Assembly (NCBI GenBank): GCA_958009085.1
Contig: OY253677.1
Location: 62,001 to 126,000 of the forward strand
Source of the DNA: Protoeuglena noctilucae
Lineage: Eukaryota
Length of the DNA: 64,000 nt
Direction of reading: 5' to 3'
Below the pieces are notes generated by a model, which was given only the letters and a program-made list of their open reading frames with translations, ran no database searches and was not told the DNA's origin. This document shows positions 49,201 to 60,963 of this stretch, piece after piece. A program made the translations under genes and the position numbers. The number at the start of each line of letters is the position of its first letter. The stretch's first letter is position 1.

Positions 49201-49756
49201 GGGAAGGAGGGCCCTGTCATGGCAGTCCAGTAATCATGCATGCACCTGCGCCGGCGTTCTCCTCTCACCACCACGTGGCCTCGTCGTGCTCCAGCTGCTG
49301 CACGTACCGGAACATCGCCTCGGCACGGGACATGGAGCCCAGCTGAGACCACGCCAGCCACTGCAGCAGAGAGGGCGGGGAAACCGTGACACTCTGTGCA
49401 AACAACCGGTTTTCTCAGTGCAAAACTCGCTCCATGCCCTTGCCTTGGTCGACTCCACCACATTCCATCCCCAGGGACGCGGTGTGGCGTTGGGACCCTC
49501 GAGAGCCTGCTGCTTAAGTGCGTACAAGAGCAGCCGCGTCTCGTCGCTCAGCGTGAGGCCCGCGCCGGGTCCCCCCGCCTCGAGCGACGCCGCGTGGCGC
49601 TCCACCAGCTTCACTGCCGCATGAAAGCGCTCAGGGTAGGGCAGCGGGCATGGGGACTGCGGCAGAGAACACGGAGCGCAGTGTCTCGGGCGCTGTGAAG
49701 GGGCGCGCCGGGGACGGGCCGGCTCCGCGCCCGAGCGTCACCTCCGCAGCTGCCAT
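46206..49756 (-). CDS. ACBP4: Acyl-CoA-binding domain plus kelch-repeat plus coiled-coil protein (ACBP4/5 type)
   Basis: LPYPERFHAAV, LLLYALKQQALEGP and PWGWNVVE, then kelch repeats (RHDHACAVLGDSMYLFGG; PRASHAAAALGGRWYLVGG), and a C-terminal WALWGFLGG. Confidence 0.9.
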
Positions 49757-50188
49757 TCTTCGTAGCGCAGAAGTTGCGAAGCCTGTCCTAGAGGCTCATC
49801 ACTTGGCAGGGGTCAGAAAGCGAAGTTGGGGTGCAGTTGAGCCAAGCAACCGTCCCGCGCCGGCCCATGCAAGAGGGATGCAACGATGGCCAAGTGGACA
49901 GGCAGAGGATGCGCCGCGGAGTGCTGCAGATGCCTCTGACGTGCGCAGGGCTCCGCTCTGGCGAGCGTCGCTGGCGCGGGGATCCCAGCGGCGCTGCGAG
50001 CTCCGTGTGCGCACTGACTTGGCCATTCGCGATCGCTGCGCAGGACGGCATCACATCGCTCTTCGGCTCTCGTCTCGCACACGACGGCCAGCGATTCCCA
50101 GCTGTTGTGAGACGTCAAGAGCACCTGGCTTGCGGCGAAACGCATATCGCGCACCCTCTGCTGACGCAGGCGCGGATCGCCATCGATC

Positions 50189-53100
50189 ATGGGGCGCGGG
50201 AGGGTGAGGGCGGTGCCGCTGGGGGCCGCATGGTGTGCCGGCTGCCTTGTGCGCCGGTGCGCTGCTATCTGCATGCCGGTCGCTTGCTCACACGACAATC
50301 GCGATGAGTGTGGGTCTGACGTCGAGCAGGAGGCCTCAGCGGGCCCGCTTTCCGGCCAGCCGTCCCTCGCGTTTGCCCAGCGCTGGGCCGTGCCGGCGGG
50401 GCGCCCAACTAGCCCCCCCCCGCCTCTGCGCGCTTGCATGTAGCTGTGCAACTCGCCGCAGGGACGTGGCAGCGGTGGCGGGGGCCGCGGGGGCCGCGGC
50501 AACGAGAAGCGCTTTTTGCGCCGGCAGTTCAAGGAGAAGCGCGACGACGTGTGGAACCAGGACAAGGACGGGGGCAGGCGAGGGACATGTCCGATGTCAT
50601 CCGCGTCGCGGCGTTGTTCGGCGACGAGCCGCGACGTGGCGCGCTGCTCCCGTGCCCCCCAGAGGCCGCCACGGCGACGACGGCCGCGTGACGGCTGCGG
50701 CGATGGAGAACGCCGGCTTTGAGGCATACTACAAGGCGCAGGGGATCGTGCCCGAGGAGGAGTGGGGCGCGTTTATGGATGCGCTGCGCCGGCCCCTCCC
50801 CCTCACCTTCCGCATCAATGGGTCGGGGCACCACGCGGCAGCGCTGCGGGACAGGCTCAAGGCGAGCACACGAGAGTTGGATGGTTGTGATCGTCTGTAA
50901 ACTGCCTGCCTGCCTGCCTGCCTGCTTGCTTGCTTGCTTGGCCATCCCCTTGCGCCCGCGTTCGCTCTTCCCACGTCACCCACCCGCCACTCATCACGTG
51001 ACCCCCGCAGTCCGACTTCATCTCCCACTTCACCTCTGGCCCTGTGGAGGTGGGCGGCGACGTCCTCGACCCCCCCCGCCCCCTCCCCTGGTACCCGCTC
51101 GAGCTGGCATGGCAGATGGAGCTGTCGCGGAGGCAACTGCGCAAGACCGAGGTAACTTGAATGGGGGTGGTACACTGACTCTGCCGTTCTCCCACAAGCC
51201 CAGTCATGACTCGCACCCACCCTCACTGCTCTCCTCAGACCCTGGAGTCCGTGCATGAGTTCATGAAGCTGCAGAACGACGCGGGGGGCATCACGCGGCA
51301 GGAGGCGGTGTCCATGGTGCCGCCCCTCTTCCTGGAAGTCGAGCCCCACCACCGCGTCCTGGACATGTGCGCCGCGCCGGGGTCCAAGGCGAGGGAGGGG
51401 TGGGAGGGGGGTTGGCAAGCATGGCGACCCACCCAAGTTAAAGCGTGGCGCGACTGTCGAAGTTGTTCACCCCTCTCTACATCCCTTGCTCATCCCAGAC
51501 GGTTCAGATTCTCGAGGCCCTCCACAGCGGCAACGAGGCCATCCCCCAGGGCTTCGTCATTGCCAACGACGCCGACGCCAAGCGCTGCAACCTCCTCACC
51601 CACCAGACCAAGCGGCTGTGCTCCCCGTGCATGGTCATCACCAACCACGAGGCGCAGAGCTTCCCCATCGTCAGCCACCCCGTCACCAAGGTGAACAGAG
51701 GGGGCTTGTGTTAACATAGCACCTCATGCACCGCCGTGTGTCGCTCACTGCCCCTCAGTCGCTGCCTCTCATTACGCCACTCTCTCTCTCACACGCACAT
51801 GCAGACCCGCCTCGGCTTCCACCGCATCCTCTGCGATGTGCCCTGCTCTGGCGACGGCACCCTCCGCAAGAACGCCGACATCTGGCGCAAGTGGAGCGCC
51901 AGGAACGGCAACAGCCTGCACCTCCTGCAGTTGCGCATCGCACTCCAGGGGTGCCGGCTGCTGGAGGTGAGACACAGGATGGATGGGACGAGCACCGCGG
52001 CCATGACCGTGACCGTCTCTTGACATCTCAGTGTCCCTTCCATGTCTCTCTCTTTGCAGATGGGTGGTCGGCTGGTGTACTCCACCTGCTCCTTCAACCC
52101 CGTGGAGGACGAGGCGGTGGTGGCGGAGGTGCTGCGGCGGTGCGGGGGCGGCATGCGGCTGGTGGACGTGGGGGGGGACCTGCCCGCGCTGAGGAGGTCC
52201 GCGGGGCTGCACAAGTGGGTGGTGCGGCACGAGGGGGGGGGCGCGCCCCCCCTGCACCTGGCCAGCTTCGACGAGGCGGAGGGGGCCGAGGGGGCGAGGC
52301 TGGTGCCCAGCATGTTCCCGGCGGGGGACGAGGCAGAGCTGCACCTGGAGGTGAGGGTTTGTGGGTGTGTGTGTGTGTGTGCATGTGTGCGATGCTCATC
52401 TCACACATCCCCTCCCCTCCCCTCTCCCCCAGCGCTGCATGCGTTTCCTGCCCCACCACTCGGACACGGGTGGCTTCTTCGTGGCGGTGCTGGAGAAGGT
52501 GGGGGACTGCGGGCGGGTGCCCTTCCCGGAGTCGTGGGCGGCGCTGGACAAGCGCAAGAGGAGGAGGAGCGAGGGGGCCAAGGAGGTGAGGGGGAGGGGA
52601 GGGGGAGAGATGGAGGTGATGTAGCCTATGTATCGCTCACACCCATGCTGCCTGTGCTCATTTTCGCAGAGTGGGGGTGCGGAGGGGTCGACTTCTCCTC
52701 CCACCAAGCGGTCGCACGATGGGGACGAGGCAGCGGCGAAAGATGCCGATGCGGGGGGCCAGGGTGGTGCAGGGGAGGGCGACGAGGCCGGTGCTGTGGG
52801 GGACGCTGATGTGGAGGGTGGTGTGGGGGCTGCGGGTGTTGAGGGCGAGGGTGAGGGTGGGGAGGGCGCTGTGGCGGAGGAGGGTGCGGGGGAGGGACTG
52901 GGCGTGGCAGCGGCAGGGGCGGCAGCGCCGGCGTTGGGCGGCGCGGCAGACGCATCTGCGGGGGTGGGCCTGGGCGAGGCGGACCCCCTGCCGGGTCCCA
53001 GGGGCGGGGGTGGGCGGGCACGGGAGGGGACGGCGGGGAGGCACCGCGCGCTGGACCCCATCCTGCCCGTCACGGGTGAGTGGCGGTGGACGGTGTGTGC

Positions 53101-54214
53101 TGCGAAGGGTTGGCGAGGCTGCCCCTGCACTCACACCCGCACCCCTCTCTTGATCCCCCCTTCCCAGGCGCGGGCGTGGTGGAGAGCATCTCCGACTTCT
53201 ACGGCCTGTCTGGGATGCAGCACCTGCGCGCGCTGCTGGTGACGCGTTCGGACGCCAACGACAAGCCCAAGAAGATCTACTACATCACGCCACAGGTCAA
53301 GCACCTGCTGGCGGTGGACGTGCGGGAGTCGCTCAAGGTCACGGCGCTGGGGGTGAAGGTGTTCGAGAGGCAGAAGAACAAGGGCGCGGGGTGCGACTTC
53401 CGACTGTCGCAGGAGGGGCTGCCGCTGCTGGTGCCCCACCTGACCAAGCAGACGGTGCGGCCGACCGTGAGGGAGTTCCGGTGAGTATGTGGGGAGGAGT
53501 GTGTGTGTGCGAAGAGGCGCTTTCAGAGAGTAACAGGGGTGCGAGTCCGTGACACACTACAAGCGCAGGGGCCTGCTGGAGCTGCGCGGGCTGCGGATGG
53601 GTGCCAGCCAGGACGGCCGCACCACGCTGAGCGACGCCAGGACGACACAGGAGCTGGACGCGTGCCTGCCGGGGTGCCTGGTGGCCATGCTCAGGTGATT
53701 GATGGGTAGATGGGTGCGGGTGGGTGGGTGTATGTCAAAGGGGACACTTAGCAAGCATACCCCCTTATCGCGTCTGTTTGCAGGGATGAGGACGCGGCGC
53801 GCCTGGGGCTGCCGACGGGGATGGAGGGGGCGCACGGGGAGCTGAGCCAGGCGCCGTTGGCGGTGGCGTGCTACAAGGGGCAGGTCACAGGTGAGGGAGA
53901 CGAGTGCTGCCGCGCTTGGTGCACCTGCCGCCGCTACACGCTGTTCGGTAACCCTACCCTGCCGCGGTCGTCACACCCCCGCAGTGAATGTGTTGGTGGG
54001 GATGCAGGAGGGCAAGGCGATGCTGCAGCGCCTGATGGACCACTTGCGCAAACACGGGACGGAGGAGGAGCTGAGGCCATTCGAGGCATCAGCCAGGGGG
54101 GAGGGGGCAGAGGAGGGGGCGGAGGCAAAGGGGGAGGAGGGAGAGGGGGAGGGAGATGTGATGGAGGGAGAGGAGGGGGAGGGGGAGGCAATGGCAGAGG
54201 CCGGGGCAGAGTGA
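50189..54214 (+). CDS. NSUN2: tRNA (cytosine-5)-methyltransferase NSUN2/TRM4
   Basis: [74 protein letters not shown] and [15 protein letters not shown]. Confidence 0.96.
50902..50940. repeat. Intronic compound tetranucleotide microsatellite (TGCC)n(TGCT)n
   Basis: ctgcctgcctgcc...cttgcttgcttg inside intron 50862-51010. Confidence 0.85.
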
Positions 54215-54535
54215 GTGAGCTGCGATCATTGGCGTGGTGCTGGCATAAATAAATGCCATGGGACAGAGGCACGTAGGCTGAGAACGCGCAGTGTGGGCAG
54301 GGTAGCGTGTTTGGAATGCGTTTAGCCATTTTAAATCCGCCCCGGTATGGTAAGCGGACCATCATAGTGCAGGGTCGGGACCCCAGACCCTTGCACCCCC
54401 GAGACGAGCGCCATCGAGCCCGGCAACCCTGGTGCCGTTGCATGCATGCTCATCCCCGCGTCAGCGCTTGGGCATGTTCAGAATCTGAAGCATGCCTCAG
54501 CCCCGGGGGGGTTGACCGCCCGGTCTTGCGAGCGG

Positions 54536-56830
54536 GACGACCGCCACCGTCACGTACGCCTGCAAGAGCAACAACTCGAGCGTGATTGGGACCATCTCGG
54601 AAGTGACGCTGTCTTCGATCAAGGCGGCCATCACGCTGCCGACCCCGGGCTCCGTGAACACCGACACGTATGTCATCGTCACGTGCACCCCCAAGGCCAG
54701 CACGGGCGGCCTGACGACGTCCGAGAGTGTGGCCTTCACGGTCCATGTCAAGGCGCTTGTGGTCGCAGCCTACAGCGGCACCGCCCAGATGGCCGCCGAC
54801 GGCAAGACGGCCACGACAACGAGCACCATGCTGGTGTCGGGCAAGGTGTCGGCCACCCCGCAGATCATCGAGCTGGCGGCGGCGAGCAGCATCTCCAATG
54901 TGGTGGCGCTGCAGGCCAACGCCACGCCGACGGCGACCATCACCTACTCGTGCACGTCCTCCAACATGTCCGTGCTCGGCAGCGTGTCGTCGGTCCAGGT
55001 CAACAGCACGTCGCCCGTCTCAATGGGCCTGCCCCAGAGCGGCCAGATCGACAAGGCCACGACGGTGACCTACACGTGCACGCCCACGGCCACCGCGGCG
55101 TGACCACATCCGATACGTTCACCTTCAACGTGACGGTCATGCCTCTGGCGGTGTCGGCCCAGGCCGGCACGGCTGCGACCACGGCGGCTGGCGCCACGCT
55201 GGCGCAGGGCACGGCCCTGGCTTCGGGCATTAAGGCCAAGACGCCCTCGATTGTGACGACCGTGACCCCTGCGGCTGGCGCAGACGTCCAGCTGGTGGCC
55301 AATGGCACTCCTCCGGCCGCCGTGAGCTACAAGTGCGCGTCCTCCAACGGCTCGGTCCTCGCCGACGTGACGGTCAGCGTGTCTACCACCACCGCCGTGG
55401 GCCTCACCTTCGGCGCTGCCGCCGACGTCTTCACGGCCACCACGGTCACCTTCACGTGCGCCCTGACGGCCAACGCCGGCGGCCTCACCACGGCCGACTC
55501 CTTCACGTTCGAAGTGACGGTTGTCCCCCTCATGGTCGACGTCTACCCCAGCGCGGTGCTGGCGGCCGCGGACGGCCACACGGGGCTCTCCACGTCCACC
55601 AAGATCAGCAGCGGCGGGTCCCTCGCCAAGACGGTGCAGCTCTACGCGGGCGTCACCTATGCGGCAGGCTCCACGGTCGCGCTGAAGGTCAACGTGGCTC
55701 CCACGGCTGCCGTCAGCTACGTGTGCACGTCGAGCAACAAGACCGTCATCGGCGATGTGGCGGCCACCTCCGTGTCGACAACCGCCGCCGTCAACCTCGC
55801 CCTCCCCACTCCCGCGGTCGTCTCGGCGGGCACGTTCGTCACCTTCACGTGCGCCCCCAGCGCCGCGGCTAGCGGCTTCGCGACCACTGTGAGCGTCACC
55901 TTTGATGTGTATGTGTCCAACCCTACCGCCCAGGTCATGGCGGGCTCGGCTGCGGGCACGGCCGCTGATGGGACCACGACGTTGACTGCCGGCGCCTCGA
56001 TCTTCGGCTCCGGCATTGCCTCGCGCACGCCTGTCGTGTATGAGGGCGCGGCGGCCTCCAGCACCATCGTGGCCCTGCAGGCCACGGCGCCCCCCCAGAC
56101 GGCCACGACCTACTCGTGCTTGGGGATATCAACAACGTGTCCCTCTCGTCCGCCAGCGCCGTGGGACTCATGGTCCCGGTCGCCGCGTCCGTCTCTGCTG
56201 ACACCACGGTGACCTACACGTGCACCCCCGGCTCTGTGGCCGCCCCCACGCCAGCCGCCACCACGGCACCCACGCCCGCTGCCACTCAGGCCTCTACGCC
56301 TGCGTCGACGGCCACCCCCGCCCCCAGCACCCCGGCCAAGACGACCGTGACGGGCACCGGCTTCTTCGACGTCAAGGTCAAGGCCCTCAAGCCCGCCATC
56401 AAGGCCGGTTCCTCCGCCCTCCGCGCGGACACCAACCTGGCGCTGGCGCTTGGCACGGACATCTCGGGTGGCGGCTCGCTCGCCATCACGCCGGCCATCA
56501 TGTACGGCCAGTCAATGAATTCGAGTGCCATCGCGACCATCAGCCTGAACGCCACGGCCACGGTTGCCTTCAGCTGCACCAGCAGCGCCTCGACGGTGCT
56601 TGCCAACATCACTACGGGCCTGTCCGTCAAGGGCACTTCTGCTGTCAACATCCAGATCCCCGCGCCCATGGGGACCCTGACCGGTGACACGACGGTGACT
56701 TACACGTGCGCTCCGACGGCGGCGGCCGGCGGCCTAAACACAACTGACTTGGTCAAGTTTGATGTGTACGTCTACTACTACGGCCTGATGGCTCCTCGGC
56801 CACGACGGCCAGCGGCACGTCGGTCGCCAG
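54536..56830 (+). pseudogene. Internal fragment of a paralogue of the giant repeat protein; frameshifted, 5'-truncated, cut by a transposon at the 3' end
   Basis: Same module type (YxCxSSNxxV+G ... TxVT[YF]TCxP..AGG+TT...F.V.V) and a PAATT linker as in 21293-27000. The frame changes near 55098, 56120 and 56795. No signal peptide or start. Confidence 0.8.
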
Positions 56831-56895
56831 CACTGGTGGGAGATTAACCGGGTTCCGCCGGAACCCTTTTTTTTCGCCTGCGGAGGAAATTTCGG

Positions 56896-56982
56896 CAGAA
56901 TTCAATCAGAACTCAGCCAGAACTTACGCAGAACTCAGCCAGAACTCAAGCAGAACTCAGGCAGAACTCAGGCAGAACTCCG
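56896..56982. repeat. Subterminal tandem array, 8 x 11 bp (CAGAACTCAGN consensus)
   Basis: Units start at 56896, 56907, 56918, 56929, 56940, 56951, 56962 and 56973. Confidence 0.92.
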
Positions 56983-57799
56983 GCGGTAAGCGACACGGGT
57001 ACACGGTTCTGGAACACCGCGGCAACTCTGACGGAACTGGCTCGGATACTCCGCGGGTACGCGAACGCGGGTACGCTGCAGGTACTGCTCTTCAACGGTG
57101 TCGGTACGCGACGGGGCCAGAAGGGCCAGGAACTCATGGATGGCGCGACTGGAATGGCTGCTGGCTGGCGCTGCCTAAGCAAGCAGGGCCCGGCTGGCCG
57201 CCAGCGGCCGCGGCTGCTGCTGGTGCTGGTGCTGCTACGGGCAGTGAAATGCTCTAATGATACCTCTTAGGTGCGCGCGCTCGCTCGGTGTTAGGAGAGT
57301 CCGCTGCAGCAGCACAAGCGATGGCAGGCGCGCGTGGGCTGTGCCGCCTCGAATGGCTCGCGTGTTGAATGCAGAATGATACAGCATGAACGCGCCAGGC
57401 GGCGCTTGCTTGATGGCATGGCCAGGACATGCCTCACCGAGCGGCCCTAAGGGGCGCATCGCCCTGCATGCGCCGACACCCCACCGTCTCGGGTGCCGGG
57501 GCATGGGGCTGCGGGGGACGGGGACGCAGATGGCTCGGTGTCTGGAAAGGGCACGCATGTGCCGCGCGCGCGCGCGTACAGTTCCGCACGCGCTGTGTGC
57601 TGCGCCCCCCGACCGGCGACGCGCCTTGAAGGGGGCGCGGACGCTGCCTGCGGCACCGGACTCGCTCCCCTCCCGGGCCCTCTTCGCCGACGCCCGCGTG
57701 CTCGGCTGTCGGGCCTGCGGCCGGGGAAAGAGACGGGGCCTGGATGGCGAGGAGGGCGGGGCGCGATGGCGTCTGTGGCACCGTCGCAACGCTAGGGGG

Positions 57800-59491
57800 C
57801 TACTCTATCCCCCCCCCTGCAGCGCGCCGCAGCCGATCGAGTGCACTCGCCTTCGGCAGATTCTCCACCGATGCCATCGGCCCGCCGGTCCCCTGCGCGC
57901 GGCAGACGGAGGGAGCTGTTCCGCGGCTGTCGCCGGACCGTGTATGGCGCTCGCCCGCCGCCCGCGCCCTCACCTTCGCCTTGGGTGCTCCTCCAGCGGT
58001 GGCATCGATGCCGCCCGACTCGTCCGCCTTCGGGGAGTGGCGCGCGCCGCCATGCGGCGGCCCCCCCGCCGAGCCCTCGTCATCGTCGTCCCCCCGCCCC
58101 CCGGGCCGGGACTCCCCCGCGCCCCCGGAGACGCCCGCCGCAGGGTTGCCCTCTCCGTCGCCCCCGAAGTCCGGCTGGGTGGGGACGCACCGGAGTGCGC
58201 TGCGGCGCGCGCTCGCCTCGGCCACCAGGTCCTTGTGCTCGGCCATGCTCTCGACCGTCAGCTTGTACGCCTCAATCTGGGCCTTCGCCTGGAGCTGAGC
58301 CGTCGTCTGCGTGTGGCTGATCCCGGATGAAATACACAATCAATGCAGGTCAACAGGCACTTGAGGCGTGCCGCTCGTCAGGTCACCTCGTCCACCCCAT
58401 CGTCCCCATCTGCGGGGGGGCGCAGAGCAGAGAAAAAGCTGTGGACGACGCTGAAGGCCTCCGGGGACAGGGCGCAGTGCCACTGCGAAGCTGGGCTGCT
58501 TTTGTGATACAGAACCGTGGCATGCGCGGACATCCAGCGCGTGCTGTCCGGGTGGCCAACGAGCGTCGACTGCGGCGGCAGACGAAGCGTCTCGACGGTA
58601 CACTGCCGCGAAGAAACGGAGTGCAGGCCCCGCGGCACTGGCCCGCGCACGATCGTCCCCGCACAGCAGCTCGTCCCACACGCGCAAGGCGCAGCGCGAA
58701 CCGGGACTCACCAGCGCAGTCGCCACGACAGCCCGCTCCAAGACGATGCGGTCGGAACGGCCGACCTTGGCGTGAAGCGCCGCCCCGTAGAGAACCTGCG
58801 CGTCTCGCAGCGCCTGGAAGGCCGCGTCGTCCCCCTGGAGGTCACGGCACAGCCCCAGCAGCCACAGCGCGCTGGGTGGGGCCAGGAGGACGTTATCCTG
58901 CGGAGGCCAGGCGGCGGTCAAGATCAGGTGAGACCTTGCCAACACGCCAGGGGCGGCAATGCGTGCGGCGCCGGGGAACGCACCTTGACAAGGGCTGCGC
59001 CGCTGCCAAGGGCCCCGTCCAGGCCGCCCTGCACGTCTGGGTCGAGCTCGAAGATCTCCAGCCCGATCGCCGTCGCCAGGTCCGAGAAGGCGTCTGACAG
59101 CGGCTTGATCTCGGCGCAGTACTCCTGCAGCTTCTTCTGCGACGCGTCCAGTGCCTTGCCCTCACTGGACTTCTGCGACCAGGGCACCGCCGGACCGTTG
59201 CCCGGCTTCCCACCAAAGCCAGCATCGCGCAAGACCCGACGTCGCGGCGCTCGCCTTCAGCACCGCGCGCTGGACCGCCTTACCCTTGGACCCCGCCACC
59301 AGGGAGTTCCCCCGATAGTCCCTGACGCTTTGGACCTTATCCTTGACGAGCTCTCGCAGCTCGGAAGAATCGAAATCGGTGTCATCTTCATCCAGGTTGA
59401 AGAAGTGCGAGACAATCTCCACCACGATGTACGCCATCTGTGCCGCAGGCTGGCTAGGAATGGTTGCAGCGGCCTCTTTGGGGTCCCCCAC
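57800..59491 (-). CDS. Multi-exon helical protein of unknown function inside the putative transposon
   Basis: Exon-like ORFs: MGDPKEAAATIP...LRELVKDKVQ, SSEGKALDASQKKLQEYCAEIK, DNVLLAPPSALWLL and TAQLQAKAQIEAYKLTVESM. Splice model approximate. Confidence 0.45.
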
Positions 59492-59552
59492 CCTCCCGCC
59501 CTGTCGTGCAGCGAGGGGCCGGGTAGGGTTGAGCTACGGCGAGCGCTCCCCG

Positions 59553-60200
59553 CTAGCCGCCCCGCGATGCCACCCGCCACACACGAAGCCGGCGGATGGT
59601 GCAGCTGTCGGCACTCGCCTTGAACACGTTCCAGCCATCGAGGATCAGGGCCTTGGCCGTCACGTCCCTGTTGAAGGCCTGTTGCTCCAACCTGTCCGAG
59701 GGTCCCCCACGGTCCCTCCCCCCTCGCCCCGCTCCCCCTGCACCTCTCGCGCGCCCCGCCGATGACGCCACCGCGCCCGCGCCAATGACCTCGACATCCA
59801 CGTTGGAGGCGCTGCCCGGCGCATACGTGTCCCAGGTCACAAAGGACTGGGAGCGGAGCGCGTTGTCGAGAAGCGTGTGCCCGGACTCCCTCACGCGGAC
59901 GTGCACGACGGCTTCGTCGCTGAGCTCGCACCGCTACAAAATCTGGATGCGGACGTCTGGGAGCGCGGTACTGCAGAGCATGGAGAACTCCCCGACGTTG
60001 CTCCCTTCGCGCCAAACGGTGACCTTCGTGATGGGCGGCCGCTGCGACGCGGTAGTCGGCGAACTCGGCATCCTGACGAAGCACGCTCCTGCGCGAAAAG
60101 GCACACCAGTGCGGAGCTCAGCAGCCCAGGGGCATCGCAGCGCGTCCCGGTCCACGCCGCCCCCTCGCCCCCTCCGGCGCCTCGCATCTTGCCTGAGCTG
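59553..60200 (-). pseudogene. Unknown ORF with in-frame stop inside the putative transposon
   Basis: KVTVWREGSNVGEFSML...VRIQIL*RCELSDEAVVHVRVRESGHTLL... reads in one frame across a TAG at 59934-59936. Confidence 0.4.
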
Positions 60201-60963
60201 GGAGTCTGGACGCCGTTCATGCCGCCCAAGGCCCGTCGAGCGCGCTGTCCGCGTAATTTGATCTGCCCTGCGGTCCCACAGGGCGGCACGCAGTCACGCA
60301 GCGCGGGGACTTGGAGGGAGCGACACGAGGGACGCCGTCCACGATAGCGAGCGGCGATGACCAGGATATGGTCATCGGATGAGGCTGCGGGCCCAGTGAA
60401 GCCCCGGCGCCGGCCCGTGCGGTGCCGGGTCGGATGCCATAGCAGGTTAGGGTGGGGCCTCCAAGCGGGCGCGCCGTGGGCGGAAAACCGGCAAGCCGTC
60501 GCGCAACATGTAAACATGCACACCAAAGGCCCGCGGACGTGGCGGGACGCGACGGACGCGAGAGGAACGCGCGCGGGCATCCGGCTGTGCCCTGCCCGCC
60601 ACCGGGCGATCCGGGCGGTTCGGTCCCGCCAAAACGGCACCCTCACCATTTAAAGCTACAATCGGAGGTTTACACGCGCGGTTGCGGACGACGGAGCGAC
60701 GGGCGACTCGAGGGACTCGTCGGCGGAAAGCGCCCAGCCGAGGCGCGAGGGACAGTCGTCCACGCCGCCAGCGGCACTAAAACGAGTCCGCGGACCCGTT
60801 TGTCCGAACTACGGGCCCAGCGGACCCCGCGTTCCCGGAAAGCTGCGGTTTAAACTGCCAGTGCCTGGCGGTGGCGGGAAACCGGGCCAGTGCCCCGCAA
60901 GGCCAACGCCCCCCACCGCGGGGCAGAGTACGGCGACTGTGCAGTAGCGATGGCCACCGCCGT

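Noticed and set aside
56850..56874. Hairpin plus T-run resembling a bacterial rho-independent terminator
   Set aside because: The context is eukaryotic, the spacer is 1 nt, and it lies inside the putative transposon terminus.
56896..56982. Short repeat array as CRISPR or telomeric repeat
   Set aside because: The units are contiguous 11-mers without spacers, no cas genes are present, and the unit is not telomere-like.
60104..60111. CACCAGTG as the right TIR
   Set aside because: Only an 8-bp match, not followed by the expected CAG duplication, and it would exclude the transposase.
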